The notes beneath the pieces are model-generated. The model did not search any database, had not been told where the DNA came from, and saw only the letters and a program-made list of their open reading frames with translations. A DNA stretch of 64,000 nucleotides from Perna viridis (lineage: Eukaryota), in contig CM074516.1 of the NCBI GenBank assembly GCA_037379345.1, forward strand, positions 49,513,626 through 49,577,625. The letters are read 5' to 3'. This document shows, in pieces, positions 14,201-29,400 of the stretch. Numbering within the stretch: the first letter of the stretch is position 1; every line of letters starts with the position of its first letter. The translations under genes and the position numbers were made by a program.

Positions 14201-17200
14201 AGAATTAGAAGTTTAATTTCATACACTGTTTAAAGCGGGGGTGAATACTTTTATTCTGGAAAATATGTGTGACCGAGGATAATTTCTTTCAATGCTGTAA
14301 ATGTATTTATATATATAAGTGGTGTGAGGGTGGTCTTGACTCCACCTCCCTTCCTTCAAAGATAAATGTATCCAATAAAATATTCTCATCTTTTTAGGAG
14401 TTAATTACAATGGCTTTACACAGTGTTTTAGTCAAGTTACTGGGTCTGATTTGATAAATTTGAGTCTAAAAGAAGATATTAAGTTTTCTTTGTTTTACTG
14501 TAAGGTGAATAACCATAGCCTTGACAGGTGGAAGGGGAGGAGATGGCTCTAATTCAATATTTGTAGTCTGCCATTGAAAAACAATTATCATTTTGACTTT
14601 GAATTTGTAAAGTTAAGTTGAGGACACTAGACTAAGTGGAATGTTTATATTGTGTTTGGTATCTGCATGATGTGTTTACTTCTGTCTGTCAAATATAAAC
14701 AGAAATATCTTTGATCAAAAAAGTATTCTTGTCTAATGACATTTAAGTTAACAAATTTATGATTTTATGTTGAAGGTGTATTTTTCTCTAGCTACTCAAG
14801 AAACTGATAAAAATCTTAGGTAGTCTGAGACCTGCAGGGAGCTATTGAATGTCAATCATTTCTTGAGAGAGTTGAGGGAACAATAACTGGTCTCCGATAT
14901 CATTTCAGATATATAGTTGTTGGTGGAAAGAATAAGAAATTATGGTTATTGGGATATATTTGCATTTCAAAGTAATGTTTGACTACATACTGATAGAAAA
15001 GTTTCTACTCTTAGCACCCTCTATGATAAATGTGAAAAGTTAATAAGCTAGACAAGTCTTGCAAGTTGAATTGTTTTTCTCTGCATAATCATGGTATATA
15101 AGGCCATATAGAATTCTGGACCAATAAGAAATTATTCTTCAACAGAACTTGGACTAGTTCTTTAGTGTATATTTTCAGATATTTATGTGGTTTTCAGTCC
15201 TAGTGTATTATTTCTCCATTACTATAGAGTGTAACATCTTTGTGGTTAACTATCAGAGTTTCTGGTCTATACAGATTGTATGCCGGTGTTCCAGTACTTG
15301 TCCACCTATTACATGCTCATGGTACACGACATTTAACAGATTTACTCTGTAACTTCAATTTCAATTTGTAGTTTTATATTACCCCACAAGTGCTGTTGAA
15401 AAAGTAAACTTTGATAAATTACTCCTCATATAGGACTGTTTAATCCAAACTTGATATTTTAAGGTATTCAAAGACATTTCTACAGATGTAATATCAACCC
15501 ATAAAAATTATAGTAACCAATCTTTTACAGATTACATTAGTATGATGTCAAACACATCATTATCAAGGGTATAAATGTTTTCTTTGTGGACGTCTCGTTG
15601 ATGACCTATTGATTTGCGATATTATTAAGCTGTATAAATATTTGAATAATGATAAAATTTTCTTTTAAATTGCACTCAGCTTTTCATACAGTTGTGATTT
15701 GTTTTTAAACTGGCTTGACTTTTAGACCTTATGTGGACATATTGACTGGACCTTGGTCTGGTTTAGTATGTAGCGGTAGGTCACCTTTCTCTGAAACAAT
15801 GGGTCAAATATAATGGACATTAAGTGTTAATTCAGTCAGACACTAATAATGACTATCTTCTATTACTGGTGTCTCTATAATTAAATACAGGGGTGGATCC
15901 AGGGTTTCAGGTGGTGTTAATAGAACTAAAGGCCAAGCTAGTTTCTATAATTAAATACAGGGGTGGATCCAGGGTTTCAGGGGTGTTAATAGAACTCCAA
16001 GCTAAGTAAAGCAAGACATTTTTTGGGGATAGAACTTGTAAAAAAAAAAACAATACTAAACTAGACTGTAACACCAGAACAAAGAAATGATCTGTAACAT
16101 CTATGGATATTATTTATTATCTGTTGAATACCTTTAGATGTCCACCCTACAATTGTCCTACTGCTCTACCTCAGGTGTTGGTTCACTTTTATTAAATTAC
16201 ATTTTAAAATTTAAAAAAAATCAATTAATTTCAAGTTTTGAGCATGCCACAAATTCTGGTTGATCACCATTGAGTGAAATATGTAAGTATACCTAACTAT
16301 AGACCAGCTTATCTGCCACCTGCTGGCCTATCTTTGATCATTACATATTATATCTCCTCAAATAAGTCAGAATTATTTAACTAGAAATATTTACTGTCTG
16401 AATAATTACTCTGTTACGCAGATAGGAGGAAATATTTCTGATATGGTCACACCAGGGCACATCTTGTTCTTGAACCCCTATAACGTAATATAGTTGGTAT
16501 TTATATGTTGTTACAGATAAATAATATCTGAAAATATAAAGGAGGTGAGAATGACATGCATGGACAGTTTGAAGTAGATTATTGAAATAAGAATTACAGG
16601 TTCTTGTACATTACAAGTGTTTAGTCAAAATCTGGGATGTCTCATTTAGATGACGTACTCAAAAACATAGGCTGGCCTCATTAGCCTAGCCTGGTCTCAA
16701 TTTTGGCTTCCCACCAGACCAGAACATAGAATTGGCTTAGACTGACAACTTAATGTGCATTATTTAAATAACGACAAAAGGTTATAAGAACCTTACCACA
16801 GATGGACTTGTCAATTTTCAAGATCCTTCGCACTAAGTGACTTCTTGTTCATTTGAATAGTAAAGCCTTCAATTATAAGATTAAAACATTTAAGATGAAA
16901 TGACTGACTGTGTGATGTGTCTTTTCCTGATCTTCTATGATGCACTTGTTTGGATCCTTGATAAATAAATATGATTGGTCCATTTGGTAAATTTTATAGT
17001 TATATCTATTATTTTGCCCTTTTTCATTTCACATGGATAATGTTTTAAAAATTTACATTAGTTGGATCCCCTGCCGACCACAGTGCTACTCATTCTGAAA
17101 TCAGCATAATGCGCAAATAATATCAGAGGTTTCATTAAGAACTGGCTACTGTCAAAATGTAAGTTCCAAAAGTGGAAATGGATGGTTCAAAATCACAATG

Positions 17201-17348
17201 GGCCCCATTCCCCCTTTGATACATTTTGAAGGTATGCACACTTGCCTTCTTATAATTCATTACAAATTATAATTTTTGCACATTGACTAAACAGTGACTT
17301 CAATTCTATTGCTGAAATGAAATAAGATAGGTTCATCATTTTTAGCAA

Positions 17349-17412
<64 letters not shown>

Positions 17413-20400
17413 AATCCTTCCTGTAAATCCCTCCCTATCCCTTTCTATCACAGACAATTTAAACAGTCTGTAACTTTTGGGAGATAAGCAAAAAATTAGA
17501 CACTATGATATAGTTATTATAACATGTATTATTTATCAAAAAGTTTTTAACAGGTCTATATGTAGACAGATCTAATATCACACAGTCAACCTGGTAAATA
17601 TACACAAAATATATCCACATCAAAATAAATTAGAAATGTTTTTACTGGGTTCATCTACCCATAAACTATATAAGGGTATTGTAGCTGTGTAACCCATAAA
17701 CTATATAGTCAGGGTATTGTGTAGTTATTATTATTCATGTCTCATTTGTAATCATTTTATTGAAGACAACTATGAGGACAATACCTTTATCAGTCTTTTT
17801 GAAAATATGAAGAAAAGTGTTATAAATTGACATTTTTTCATTTAGAAAGTAGGTCAGTTGAAAATTATTACATTTTTCATGTGCTTATTCATCTGAATGG
17901 CCTTTTTATGTCCAAATTTTATTCACTTTTATTATTTATGTTGGACCTTTAATGCAGATTTCTGCAATATGAGATTTTCCACCTATTTGTCAGAGTATTA
18001 CTTGGTCACAGAATGCTACAAATCTACCTCCATGGTTGTAGCTGATGCCAGGCACAAGTGTCCACCATAGTTGTGGCCACTGTCAGGACAAGTGTCTGCA
18101 ATGATTGTAGCCTGTGTGGAGCTGTGTCCTCATGTAATATTTTCTGTGAACTTTAAAGGACTGTAAATCAGACCTTTGCCCCATCTAAATTAAGTCTTTA
18201 TTAAATGGGTCAGTTGATACAGATTTTTTTTTATAATCATTGAGCATCAGACCTTTAAAACTTTATGTGAACTCCACCTCTGACTTTAGATTTCGTTCTT
18301 TGTTGTTAGATCCATTGCTTGGTATCCCTCTTCCTATTCAATATCAGTTAAAAAATTCCATCTGATTTCAATAAGACCACATCAAATTTAATTTAGTGCA
18401 TAAAATTTCACATGGACCACCTTAAATTTATCCATTTTGAAAGAAAAGGTCAATGAAGTTTATTATAAATATATTTTAAATCGACCTGTTGAATGGTACC
18501 TGAAGACTTGTTAGGAATGTTGTTAAGATCTTTTGACAAGTTATTCATGAGAAGAGGTTTTTTTCCTGACCTGATAATGTACCCCCAGTGTTAGCTCTTC
18601 ACAGATCAAACACTTTAGAGAAAGAAGGTGATGAGGGCCAAATTCCTGCATTGTATGTATTCATATTAAAAACTAATCCTTTTCAAACTGTTGGTGTATG
18701 TAAAGTCATATTTCCTGAATGAAGAAAAATGAAATTATACTATTTTTGTTGTGCTACATCGACAAATGTTAATGTCTATGGGATTTTTCTTTCAATCTTT
18801 ACTGAATTTTTGTCTAACATTAAAAAATTTGTATTTAATGTGGTTCCATAAAAATTTGTGGGTTACACACCAATGTTATCAGGTGGTTTAAGCATGTGAT
18901 AATGTATTGAGGCTTGCATCTTGTAAAAACCTTAGTCATTCTTAGTGACTTGATGTGCTAAAAACAAAAATGTTATTGATTATGATAAAGGTAGTATCCT
19001 ATCCTGACAATAAATGTTTAGGTCAAAGGTTACTAACTCTTTTCTAAATTATTTAAGTTCTTCTTTTGAGAATTGTTGATATATTTAGTTACAGAAGAAG
19101 ATTGAAGTTACACTGCCTGAGGTTATAAGTATATAGAAACACCCATTTTGTGTCTTGAATGATATAGTTTGGTAACCTGTAAATTGTCTTGAAATTCTAC
19201 ACAAACAAATAATGATCATTGAGTTTCCTTGTGATATTTAGGATTTTTGTTTGCATATAAGAGATACTGATTCATTCTCATGGCCTTTTACCTTCTGAAT
19301 GTGTCACAGTGATATTTAATACCACATCATTAAACCCAATCTAGCTCATGTCTTAAATCTTATATTTATCCTTCATTTAATTTCTTTTTACTTTCTAGAC
19401 ATGCATGTCAAAATCTGATTAGTGTCTTGCTGATTTGAAATGTCATGACCACTATTGTACTAAACAGTGAAAGTACATGCTATCAATCGCTGAAATCAGA
19501 TAAATGATTGGTATCATGGAAGTAAAAGAAAAAAAGCTACAATTGTGATTACATGATTAAATTATTGACATAAGGAAAATTGTTTGATACAATCTTAATC
19601 TTTTAGCTGACTTGGGATTTTCTGTGTGAAAACTTGAAATTGGCTCCTTTTGAATTATTCCCCATGTTACTGTTTTTTTAGGACATTATGATATTACAGC
19701 TTCTGTTTTTTTTTTTTGGGCACATAATGATATTACAGCTTCTGTTTTTTTTTTTTGGGACATAATGATATTACAGCTATACTGTTTTTGTTGCATCTGT
19801 CTGACCTTATTTATTGATCTATATAAGTTAATGCTTAATTTATCTTGAATGCTTTGTACCATATATTTATATGTCCTTCTTTTGATGATTGTATATGGTA
19901 AACAGTTGTCTGTCAGACTGTCTGTCAAAGTGGCTGTGGCATATAGTTTTACCCTTGTTCACCATTCAGCCCTTCTGCGAAAACCAGTTTCCCTGACTTT
20001 ATCTAAATGCCTTAAGATATTGAACTGATTTTTATTATCCATGTGTATTTTGATGAGTTACCAATCAGTTTGAGTTTTGTTCAGTTGATGTTGTATGAGG
20101 TTGTCCCACTTTTACTTAAAACAAATTCCTGTTACAACCAGTTTTCCTTGCATTTTTTTTTTAAACATCTTGAGATTGAACTGATTTTTTGTAGATTGTT
20201 CAGTTACAATTGGAGTTTGATTTTTTTCCAGTTAGTTGATTTTTGATGGAGTTATGCCCCTTAAACTTAGAAAAAATTTATGTTCTCTAGACTTTTTTTT
20301 CTAAATGCCTTGAAATATTGAACTGATGTTTGGTAAGCAGGTTTATACTGACGAGTTACATACCGAGATCTGTTATGGTTTGTTGATTTTTGATGCAGTA

Positions 20401-23400
20401 TTGCCCTCTAAGAAATTCCTCTGTACTATGATTGATTCTTACATTTGATGCAGGCAGGGGGTTCATGTTTTGCTGACTCATCTAAACATCTCTGATCTTT
20501 AAATTGTTTCATTCTTGTATTGTATCAAAATTTTTATGGCAATTTTCTGAAGGGTATTTATGCTGGCAAATTTTTGTTCTATTCAGTTCAATATTAATCC
20601 TATAATTTAACAAAATTGTAATTATTTCTTGTTTATTTACAGAATACAATGTCCTGTCTAACGTGAGGAGATATAATTCCAGTGGAATAACACCGGTGCG
20701 ACCTAAAGGCTACCAATTTACCAGTGCTTGGACACCTTCCAAATTAAAATTTAGAAATGCAAGGCATTTCCTTAAAACATTTAAGAATGAACTAACTTAT
20801 TTTTTCTCTGGGAATATCTCAGTTACTCATGTAGATTTACCAATTTTAAGTATATTTCATAAAAAGAAGAAACTGCCATTTTTAGAAATTCTTGTAAATA
20901 TCAAGGAGGACAAGTTGATAGTAAGGTACCAAGGAAAAATATCATTCCAAAGATTTGAAACAGTGCTACATTCAGGAGGCAATAGTGATTTTAGTATTTT
21001 AATTCATTGCAATCGGACGCATGTGTCTATAAATAATAATTGCATTGAAAATGTTGTTAAACTTAGACAGCCTTTTGCAAGAATTTCCCACAACGCAGTT
21101 GTTTTCCTTCAGAACAGAAAAAGCTCACAGAAGTTTCAGGTAATACTATCTTTATATATTAGAGTTAAGACATTACAATGTATTCCATGATTGAGGAGAA
21201 ATACCATAGTGATACACATCAATGGAAATATTATGGAATTATTGTGCAAGGTTTTCCATATTGGCTTATTGGTCTGAGGCTAGCCATAATGGACTGAGGT
21301 GTAGCCAAAATCTAGCCAAGGACCAATAACTCAGCCAATATGTAAAACCTAACGCAATTATACCTTTATTGACTAACTTGTCCTAGACCAATATGGATTT
21401 TAACCAGACCAATGTGACATATTAGACGGGTAAAAGCCGTATTGGACAGTTAAACCCTGTATTTTGTATTGTACTGGCAGTTTTGATTATATTATTATAT
21501 TTAGGCTAATATTTGAACATTAGTCAATAAAAAGATTGTACTAACGTCAGGGAAATCTGCTACACATACAGTAAAACCTACCTAAACAGAACCCCATTCT
21601 ACTGATGTCGGGTAAATCTGCTCCACATGCAGTGAAACCTACCTCAACAGAACCCCATTCTACTGATGTCGGGTAAATCTGCTCCACACACAGTGAAACC
21701 TACCTCAACAGAACCCCATTCTACTGACGTCAGGTTAATCTGCTCCACATACTGTGAAACCTACCTCAACAGAACCCCATTCTACTGACGTCGGGTTAAT
21801 CTGCTCCACATACTGTGAAACTTGTCTAAACTTCATTAAATTAAAGATTAGGTTTAGTTTAGGGAGGTGTTTAGTTTACACAATGTATTGAAACTGAAAT
21901 AAGCCTTGTCTGGTTTATACAGGTTTTTTGTTTCATTCAGGATTTCATAGTTGTATCATTTAGAAGACTTGCATGTATATTATTAAAATTAAAAACAGAA
22001 AGTAAGAGATTTATTGATTGAGTCATAACACTTATAATTTGTATAGTCCATTATCATCTGTAGAATTTTGCCCCTGCTCATAAGGTAAAAAAAGGTATAC
22101 TGTTTACTCCTTGTCTGTCCATCTTTATTTTTTTTTTTTTTTTTTGCGAAAACGATATTGTCACAGCAACCTAATATTTTGAAACCAACTTTATGTAGAT
22201 GTGTCATATTGAAGATATTTAGTTCCATACTAGGATGATGAAACTGCCTGTTTGACAATTTGGTTATTTACCCTATACTAAAGTTAGCGTCAATAGTGGG
22301 CATTGGCTGACAGATTCATTTTTTCTTCAATACTCAGAATCCATCTGTCAGATATAAATTAAATCAGTAGAAAAGATGTTTGAAGGTGGCCTCTGTAGAG
22401 AGATTTACTTTTATTTCCCAGTAATTAAAAAGATTAGATTAAGCTAGCTGCCTGAGGTGAATATACAGTTTGAACTGGATAATTTCTGGTTCAACTCCTA
22501 ATACTTCATGAGTTAAGTTTTGAATCTTTGTATGAATATTTACAGATTACTAGGAGTTGTGACTCAGGACACCCAAAGTTGCTTCTAATCATGCTCTTGT
22601 TCAAATACAGGATCAATTCAGGATTTCTCTTATTTGAAAATTTCCATAAACCTGAAATTGATTTAGTTATCTTGTATATTTTGAATTTGACCTTCTGGTG
22701 TGCTCTCTGTTCATCTCTGTGAATCAGTCCTTTGAGCAGTCACTCTAAACTCTTGGAACAAAAGGGAAACGGTGCTATTCAAACGTTGACCTTTGAACAT
22801 GACAGAATTGTTATCACCTTTATCTTATCTCTGTGTAATGAGTAAGATAAACAACTGACTAATTGATGACTACCACTGATTCTGTCAGGAATCCAATGTT
22901 TTTGAAGTTTAACTTAGCACTTTCTCTGTCTAAAAATACTATAGCAAGCTTATCTGTCTTCTGGGTAGGATGTAAACAGTTTCTTCTCTTTATAAATAGC
23001 TGACTTAGTTTTATTTAGACTTTTGCTTGTACAAATAATTGATGTTCATGAGTTATTGTCAAGATGATGTACATGATAGAAAATTAAGGGAACCAGTATT
23101 CAAATGGCAATAAAAGAGTAATCAATGGAACCAGTATTCAAACAGTAATACAAAAGTAATCAAGGGAACCAGTATTCAAATATTAATGAAAGAGTAATCA
23201 AGGGAACCAGTATTCAAACAGTAATAAAAGAGTAATCAAGGGAACCAGTATTCACACAGTAAGAAAAAGTACATAATCTAAACACTATCACGCATCAAAG
23301 AACGTGAAATATCCAAAAAAATGTGCACATGGAAACTGAAATAAATGAGCTCTCAGAGCATGGATCAGGTGCATCAGCAGGGTAAGCATTCTTCAAGTTT

Positions 23401-26400
23401 TCTAGAAACACTTGCCACATTGCTAATAAAATGTCACATCAGGGATAGACAAAAGAGAAAATACTATGACATGGTGAACAAATTAGTTCTCATGGTGCAA
23501 ATACATACACCAAAACAGTCTAAGAGTTTATGATGAAGGCCAGAAACCTTTTGCAGTGATGACATGAATCTCATAGCAGAATAGCCCTCTTCCTGAAGTC
23601 GACCCTTGCAGGTCCGGGTGTCAAAAGAATAGGCCTGCAGCTGCACTAAGCTTGTTGTAAAAGGTGACTAAATAGTGCTCAGAACCCTAGCCGGGGGCTA
23701 GGGCACTTTGCCCACAGAGCAACTGGGTTGTATGCCCCAAGTGGTGGAATGGGGTACCCCTGGCGTGTCACATGCTGGGGTCATCAGGCTATAATACAGA
23801 AAACCTGACCGCAAACCATAATGGTGCACCGTGTTGGGAAAAATGCCATGTTCCTTGCATGTTAAAAAACCCTACTGTGGTATTCTCCTGGCGTAGGAAT
23901 CATAGGGCTCCGCCACAGGAGGCTAAATTGCCCGACCCTACCCACCTCTCCCTATTTCCAGTGGCAATCAAAATTTGTTGACTCCATTATCCTTGTGTCC
24001 CATCCCATTTTTCATTTTATCATCCATTTCATGTTCATCGCCTGAATATAGCTGAAATATTGCTGCTCTGGCATTAAACCCCAACAATCAATCAAACACT
24101 TCCAGAAGTTTAGCTCAGAAGTACAAGAAGTCAGCATAGTTTTGGCAAGCTCTGGCATGCTTTATATGTAAAAATACCTGATTCAATAATAATTTCTAAT
24201 TTCACACAAATATACTATGTGCTGAAACCACAAAACAAGGAACAGAGAAATGAAATGATCTATCTGTAATGTGTTACCAGAATATGCTCTGATATATATT
24301 CTCAAGACTTTCTGTAACCTTTATAGACAAGTTTTAGTTGAGAAAGAAACAAGATTTTAACATATATCAGATCTGATGAGAAATGAAAAACTGAGGGTGT
24401 TGCTGTCTTCTCCTGGGAGATAAACACTACATTTGATCCTTATTTATGGCATACATTTATTTGTTTTTGCAGGGAGAAGTCAGACAATCAAAAGTATATA
24501 GTTACTATAAAAAGAAAAAAGTTGTTTGTCCTGAATCTGGTAAGTATCCATTATATTCCTCTGATTGGCAGGGTAATGTTTTCTCTATTGTCATGTCAAC
24601 ATGAGTCTATAGAAAAGAAGAGGTCTTGGTACCAGCTGTTTTCCAGTAGCTTTTTGGTTATAAAGTGATGAAAATATCTTTCTTATAAAACTTGACTAAT
24701 CTTGTATTTCTGGTATATTTGTCCTGTACAGAATTTCTGTCAGTAGGCTGTTAAGATTGTGTCCTGCATAGAAGTTCTGTTTGGCTTAAGGCTCCATATA
24801 TGCTCTGCCATTCTACCTATCTTAAGTGATCCCGAGCTGAAGATTAGATTATGAAGTAATCTAATGGTGAAAAATATATACTGAGTACTATTGCTTGTAA
24901 TCAGTAAATAATTGAAGTATAGAGTGTCCACTTTCCTTTGGAAATAATGTACTCTACTAGTAATGGTGTTAGAATCTGTTTATTTCAACAAATGTTAACT
25001 TTATTTTTGTATGTGTATTTATTTATATCAATTAGTTTGATGATGGATGAGTTCCCTAAATACCAACAATTAAGTTGCAGCAAAGTTAGAAAGATCTTAT
25101 ATTTAACCTTACATTGATAGAAACAGCATTAAATGGATGTCTATGTGAACTGTTATTGGTTAAGTCAAATTGTATAAGGGAAAATATGAGAAATGTAGTA
25201 TACAAAACTAGGCCTTCTACCTCACATGGCTTTGAATTACTAATAAACTATGACAGTATATGCTTAACTTGAGGAGAACCTTTAATACTGATGCTTAATG
25301 GAAGATGAAATTTATGCAAATTTTTTTTAAAAAGTATACATGTTCTAGGTGTAAATTGCACGGTTTTAGATAACCTAAAGGAATGAATATGTTTGGCCTG
25401 TGAAATGTTATACAAGAATTTGGGTGTGTTTAATGTCAGTATGTCTGAACCCTGATAGGTCACTTTATAAATTTCCTAACCACAGGATTGAGGGTTAAAT
25501 TGTACACCTCTCCTGTTAATGTTGATTCAGCCAGGATCAAAGTCATATAATATCTGGCTTGTACTTCAAATATGACAAGTATTTTATGATACACTGTTAT
25601 GCATAAAATTGGACAGAAGCATAGCACAAAGAATTTGACACTATCCATACGTTTTTTTTGTCTGCACAAAGTTCATATTATTCCAGCTGTCATATGCGCA
25701 TCTATTTATATAGCACACCTGTCATTTTGTAGATTGCTTAATATTTCAAGTTTCAACTTTTTGTGTAGGGATGGTTCTAAATTCAGGTTTTTTTTTCTAA
25801 GTTTGACTTCCTTAAATTTCTCTAAATAGCTAAATTCCTTTGATATTATAGGCTGAAAGAGATTCCTTTGATTTCCTAGGCTGAAAGAAATTCCTTTGAT
25901 TTCCTAGGTTGAAAGAGATTTCTTTGATTTCCTAGGCTGAAAGAAATTCCTTTGATTTCCTAGGCTGAAAGAGATTCCTTTGATTTCCTAGGCTGAAAGA
26001 AATTCCTTTGATTTCTGCAGGTTTTTGTTGTAGACTGTCTCTGCTAGATTTAATAGACTGAAGGCATGATATTTTCAAATATATGTATTGTATATTCATT
26101 GTAGCCTGAAATTGTCAGTATGCAACAATTACATTAAGTTTCTTTGATGTCAGTATGTGGCAATGATTGTATGATTTCTTTGACATCAGTATGTGGCAAT
26201 GACTGTATGATTTCTTTGATGTCAATATGTGGCAATGATTGTATGATTTCTTTGATGTCAGTATGTAACAATGACTGTATGATTTCTTTGATGTCAGTAT
26301 GGGGCAATGACTGTATCATTTCTTTGATGTCAGTATGTGGCAATGATTGTATGATTTCTTTGATGTCAGTATGTAACAATGACTGTATGATTTCTTTGAT

Positions 26401-29400
26401 GTCAGTATGTGGCAATGACTATGATTTCTTTGATGTCAGTATGTGGCAATGACTGTATGATTTCTTTGATTTCAGTATGTGGCAATGACTATGATTTCTT
26501 TGATGTCAGTATGTGGCAATGACTGTATGATTTCTTTGATGTCAGTATGTGGCAATGACTGTATGATTTCTTTGATTTCAGTATGTGACAATGACTGTAT
26601 GATTTCTTTGATGTCAGTATGTGGCAATGACTGTATGATTTCTTTGATGTCAGTATGTGGCAATGACTGTATGATTTCTTTGATTTCAGTATGTGGCAAT
26701 GACTATGATTTCTTTGATGTCAGTATGTAACAATGACTGTATGATTTCTTTGATGTCAGTATGTGGCAATGACTGTATGATTTCTTTGATGTCAGTATGT
26801 GGCAATGACTGTATGATTTCTTTGATGTCAGTATGTGCCAATGACTGTATGATTTCTTTGATTTCAGTACGTGGCAATGACTATGATTTCTTTGATGTCA
26901 GTATGTAACAATGACTATGATTTCTTTGATGTCAGTATGTAACAATGACTGTATGATTTCTTTGATGTCAGTACGTGGCAATGACTGTATGATTTCTTTG
27001 ATTTCAGTATGTGGCAATGACTATGATTTCTTTGATGTCAGTATGTGGCAATGACTGTATGATTTCTTTGATGTCAGTATGTGGCAATGACTGTATGATT
27101 TCTTTGATGTCAGTATGTAGCAATGACTGTATGATTTCTTTGATGTCAGTATATGGCAATGATTGCTATGACTTATCCTTGGGGAAGGTCTCCCATTCAG
27201 ATTTTTTTTCACCCATCAACAGCCAATTGTTTTATATTTTCCTGTGTTAGCAGCCCTTGTAAATAATTTGACTTCATCATATTGTAGATATCTGATTGCT
27301 ACTGAAGTTTGCACACCGCTGTGAGATTAGCAGCGATTACAAATTGTTCTATTTTCGGAACAAAATTGGCATTTGAATAATATCTATTAAGAATCTTCAA
27401 ATCCTGAAAACAAAAATAAATTGTTTGAAGATGAATGTGCCTTTTACACAATCTAGATATTATACTTGATAAAGATATTTAAAGTGCAGTCAAGTTTTAT
27501 AAACAAATTTTCAATAAGGCAGATTTTCTAACTGTTTATCCAAGTACTAAACTGTACCTTTATACTTTGAAGTTTGCTTTTTTTAAAGTCTACAATCTTA
27601 CATAATGATTATATTCCTGTGGCCTTGTGGAGTGATGAAACAATTTAATGATAGGAAAACGCAACAGGGAGTACATGAAGATGTAATAACAATAAATTGG
27701 TAAGATGCATTACTGTTCTTATCAGTGCAAAATTATTGTTGCATAGCGCTAAAGTAAAAACCTTACCAAGCTGTACGTTCTCCAATAACACTGTCAAGAC
27801 AACTTTATAGTGGAGAAAACATTAAAATCATATAAAAGAAGGTAGATATATATATATATAATCATGATTCAAACTCTACAAATATGCAGAATTTTTACAA
27901 AAATGTGAGTTATTTTATTACATATTTCATCAAGTGAGCAAATTAAAAGATTTCTTTCTTTGAAAAAAGTTCAAATCAAATTAAATTCATGCTCTCTGAA
28001 AACAGTTTGAGTTTATATATCTATGAATTGTATTTTTCAAATATGCCAATAGGTATAAATTTGTTTTATTGGAAAAAATAAAAATCCCTGCATGTATCAT
28101 GGCAGTAAAGAAATTCAAGATTTCTACTCCAGGTCTGGTGTAGAAATAAAAGACATATCTATAGATGGTTACTTGATCCGACCAAACCAGGTAGACATGT
28201 CTGCAGATGGTCACTTGGTCTGGTGTAGAAATAGAAGGCATGTCTGCAGATGGTCACTTGGTCTGGCGTAGAAATAGAAGGCATGTCTGCAGATGGTCAC
28301 TTGTTCTGGTGTAGAAATAGAAGACATGTCTGTAGATGGTTGCTTGGTCTGGTGTAGAAATAGAAGACATGTCTGTAGATGGTCACTTGGTCTGGCATAG
28401 AAATAGAAGATATATCTGCAGATGGTCGCTTGGTCTGGTGTAGAAATAAGAGTTATGTCTTTAGATGGAAATAGAAGGCATGTCTGTAGATCGTCACTTG
28501 GTCTGGCATAGAAATAGACATATCTGCAGTTGGTTTCTTGGTCTGGTGTAGAAATAGAAGGCATGTCTGTAGATTGTAGCTTGGTCTGGTGTAGAAATAG
28601 AAGGCATGTCTGTAGATCGTCACTCGGTCCATCATAGAAATAGAAGGCATGTCTGCATATGGTTTCTTGGTCTGGTGTAGAAATAGAAGGCATGTCTGTA
28701 GATTGTCGCTTGGTCTGGTGTAGAAATAGAAGACATGTCTGCAGATGGTCGCTTGGTCTGGTGTAGAAATAGAAATTATGTCTGTAGATTGTCGCTTGGT
28801 CTGGTGTAGAAATAGAAATTATGTCTGTAGATTGTTGCTTGGTCTGGTGTAGAAATAGAATCTGTAGATGGTCACTTGGTCTGGTGTAGAAATAGAAGAC
28901 ATGTCTGCAGATGGTCGCTTGGTCTGGTGTAGAAATAGAAATTATGTCTGTAGATGGTCACTTGGTCTGGTGTAGAAATAGAAGACATGTCTGCAGATGG
29001 TCGCTTGGTCTGGTGTAGAAATAGAAATTATGTCTGTAGATTGTCACTTGGTCTGGTGTAGAAATAGAAGACATGTCTGCAGATGGTCGCTTGGTCTGGT
29101 GTAGAAATAGAAATTATGTCTAGATGGTCGTTTGGTCTGGTGTAGAAATAGAAGACATGTCTGCAGATGGTCGCTTGGTCTGGTGTAGAAATAGAAATTA
29201 TGTCTGTAGATTGTCACTTAGTCTGGTCTAGAAATAGAAGACATGTCTGCAGATGGTCGCTTGGTCTGGTGTAGAAATAGAAATTATGTCTGTAGATTGT
29301 CACTTGGTCTGGTGTAGAAATAGAAATTATGTCTGTAGATGGTTTCTTGGTCTGGTCAAGATCAGGAAATATCTATAACTATCTTTATAGTTTTTGTAGT

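Noticed and set aside
26134-27250. Repetitive ORFs on both strands (ISLMSVCGNDCM / LPHTDIKEIIQS)
   Set aside because: By-product of a 36-bp intronic minisatellite; frameshifted by 34-bp units; no splice context.
28211-28693. 160-aa minus-strand ORF
   Set aside because: Translation of the 44-bp minisatellite.
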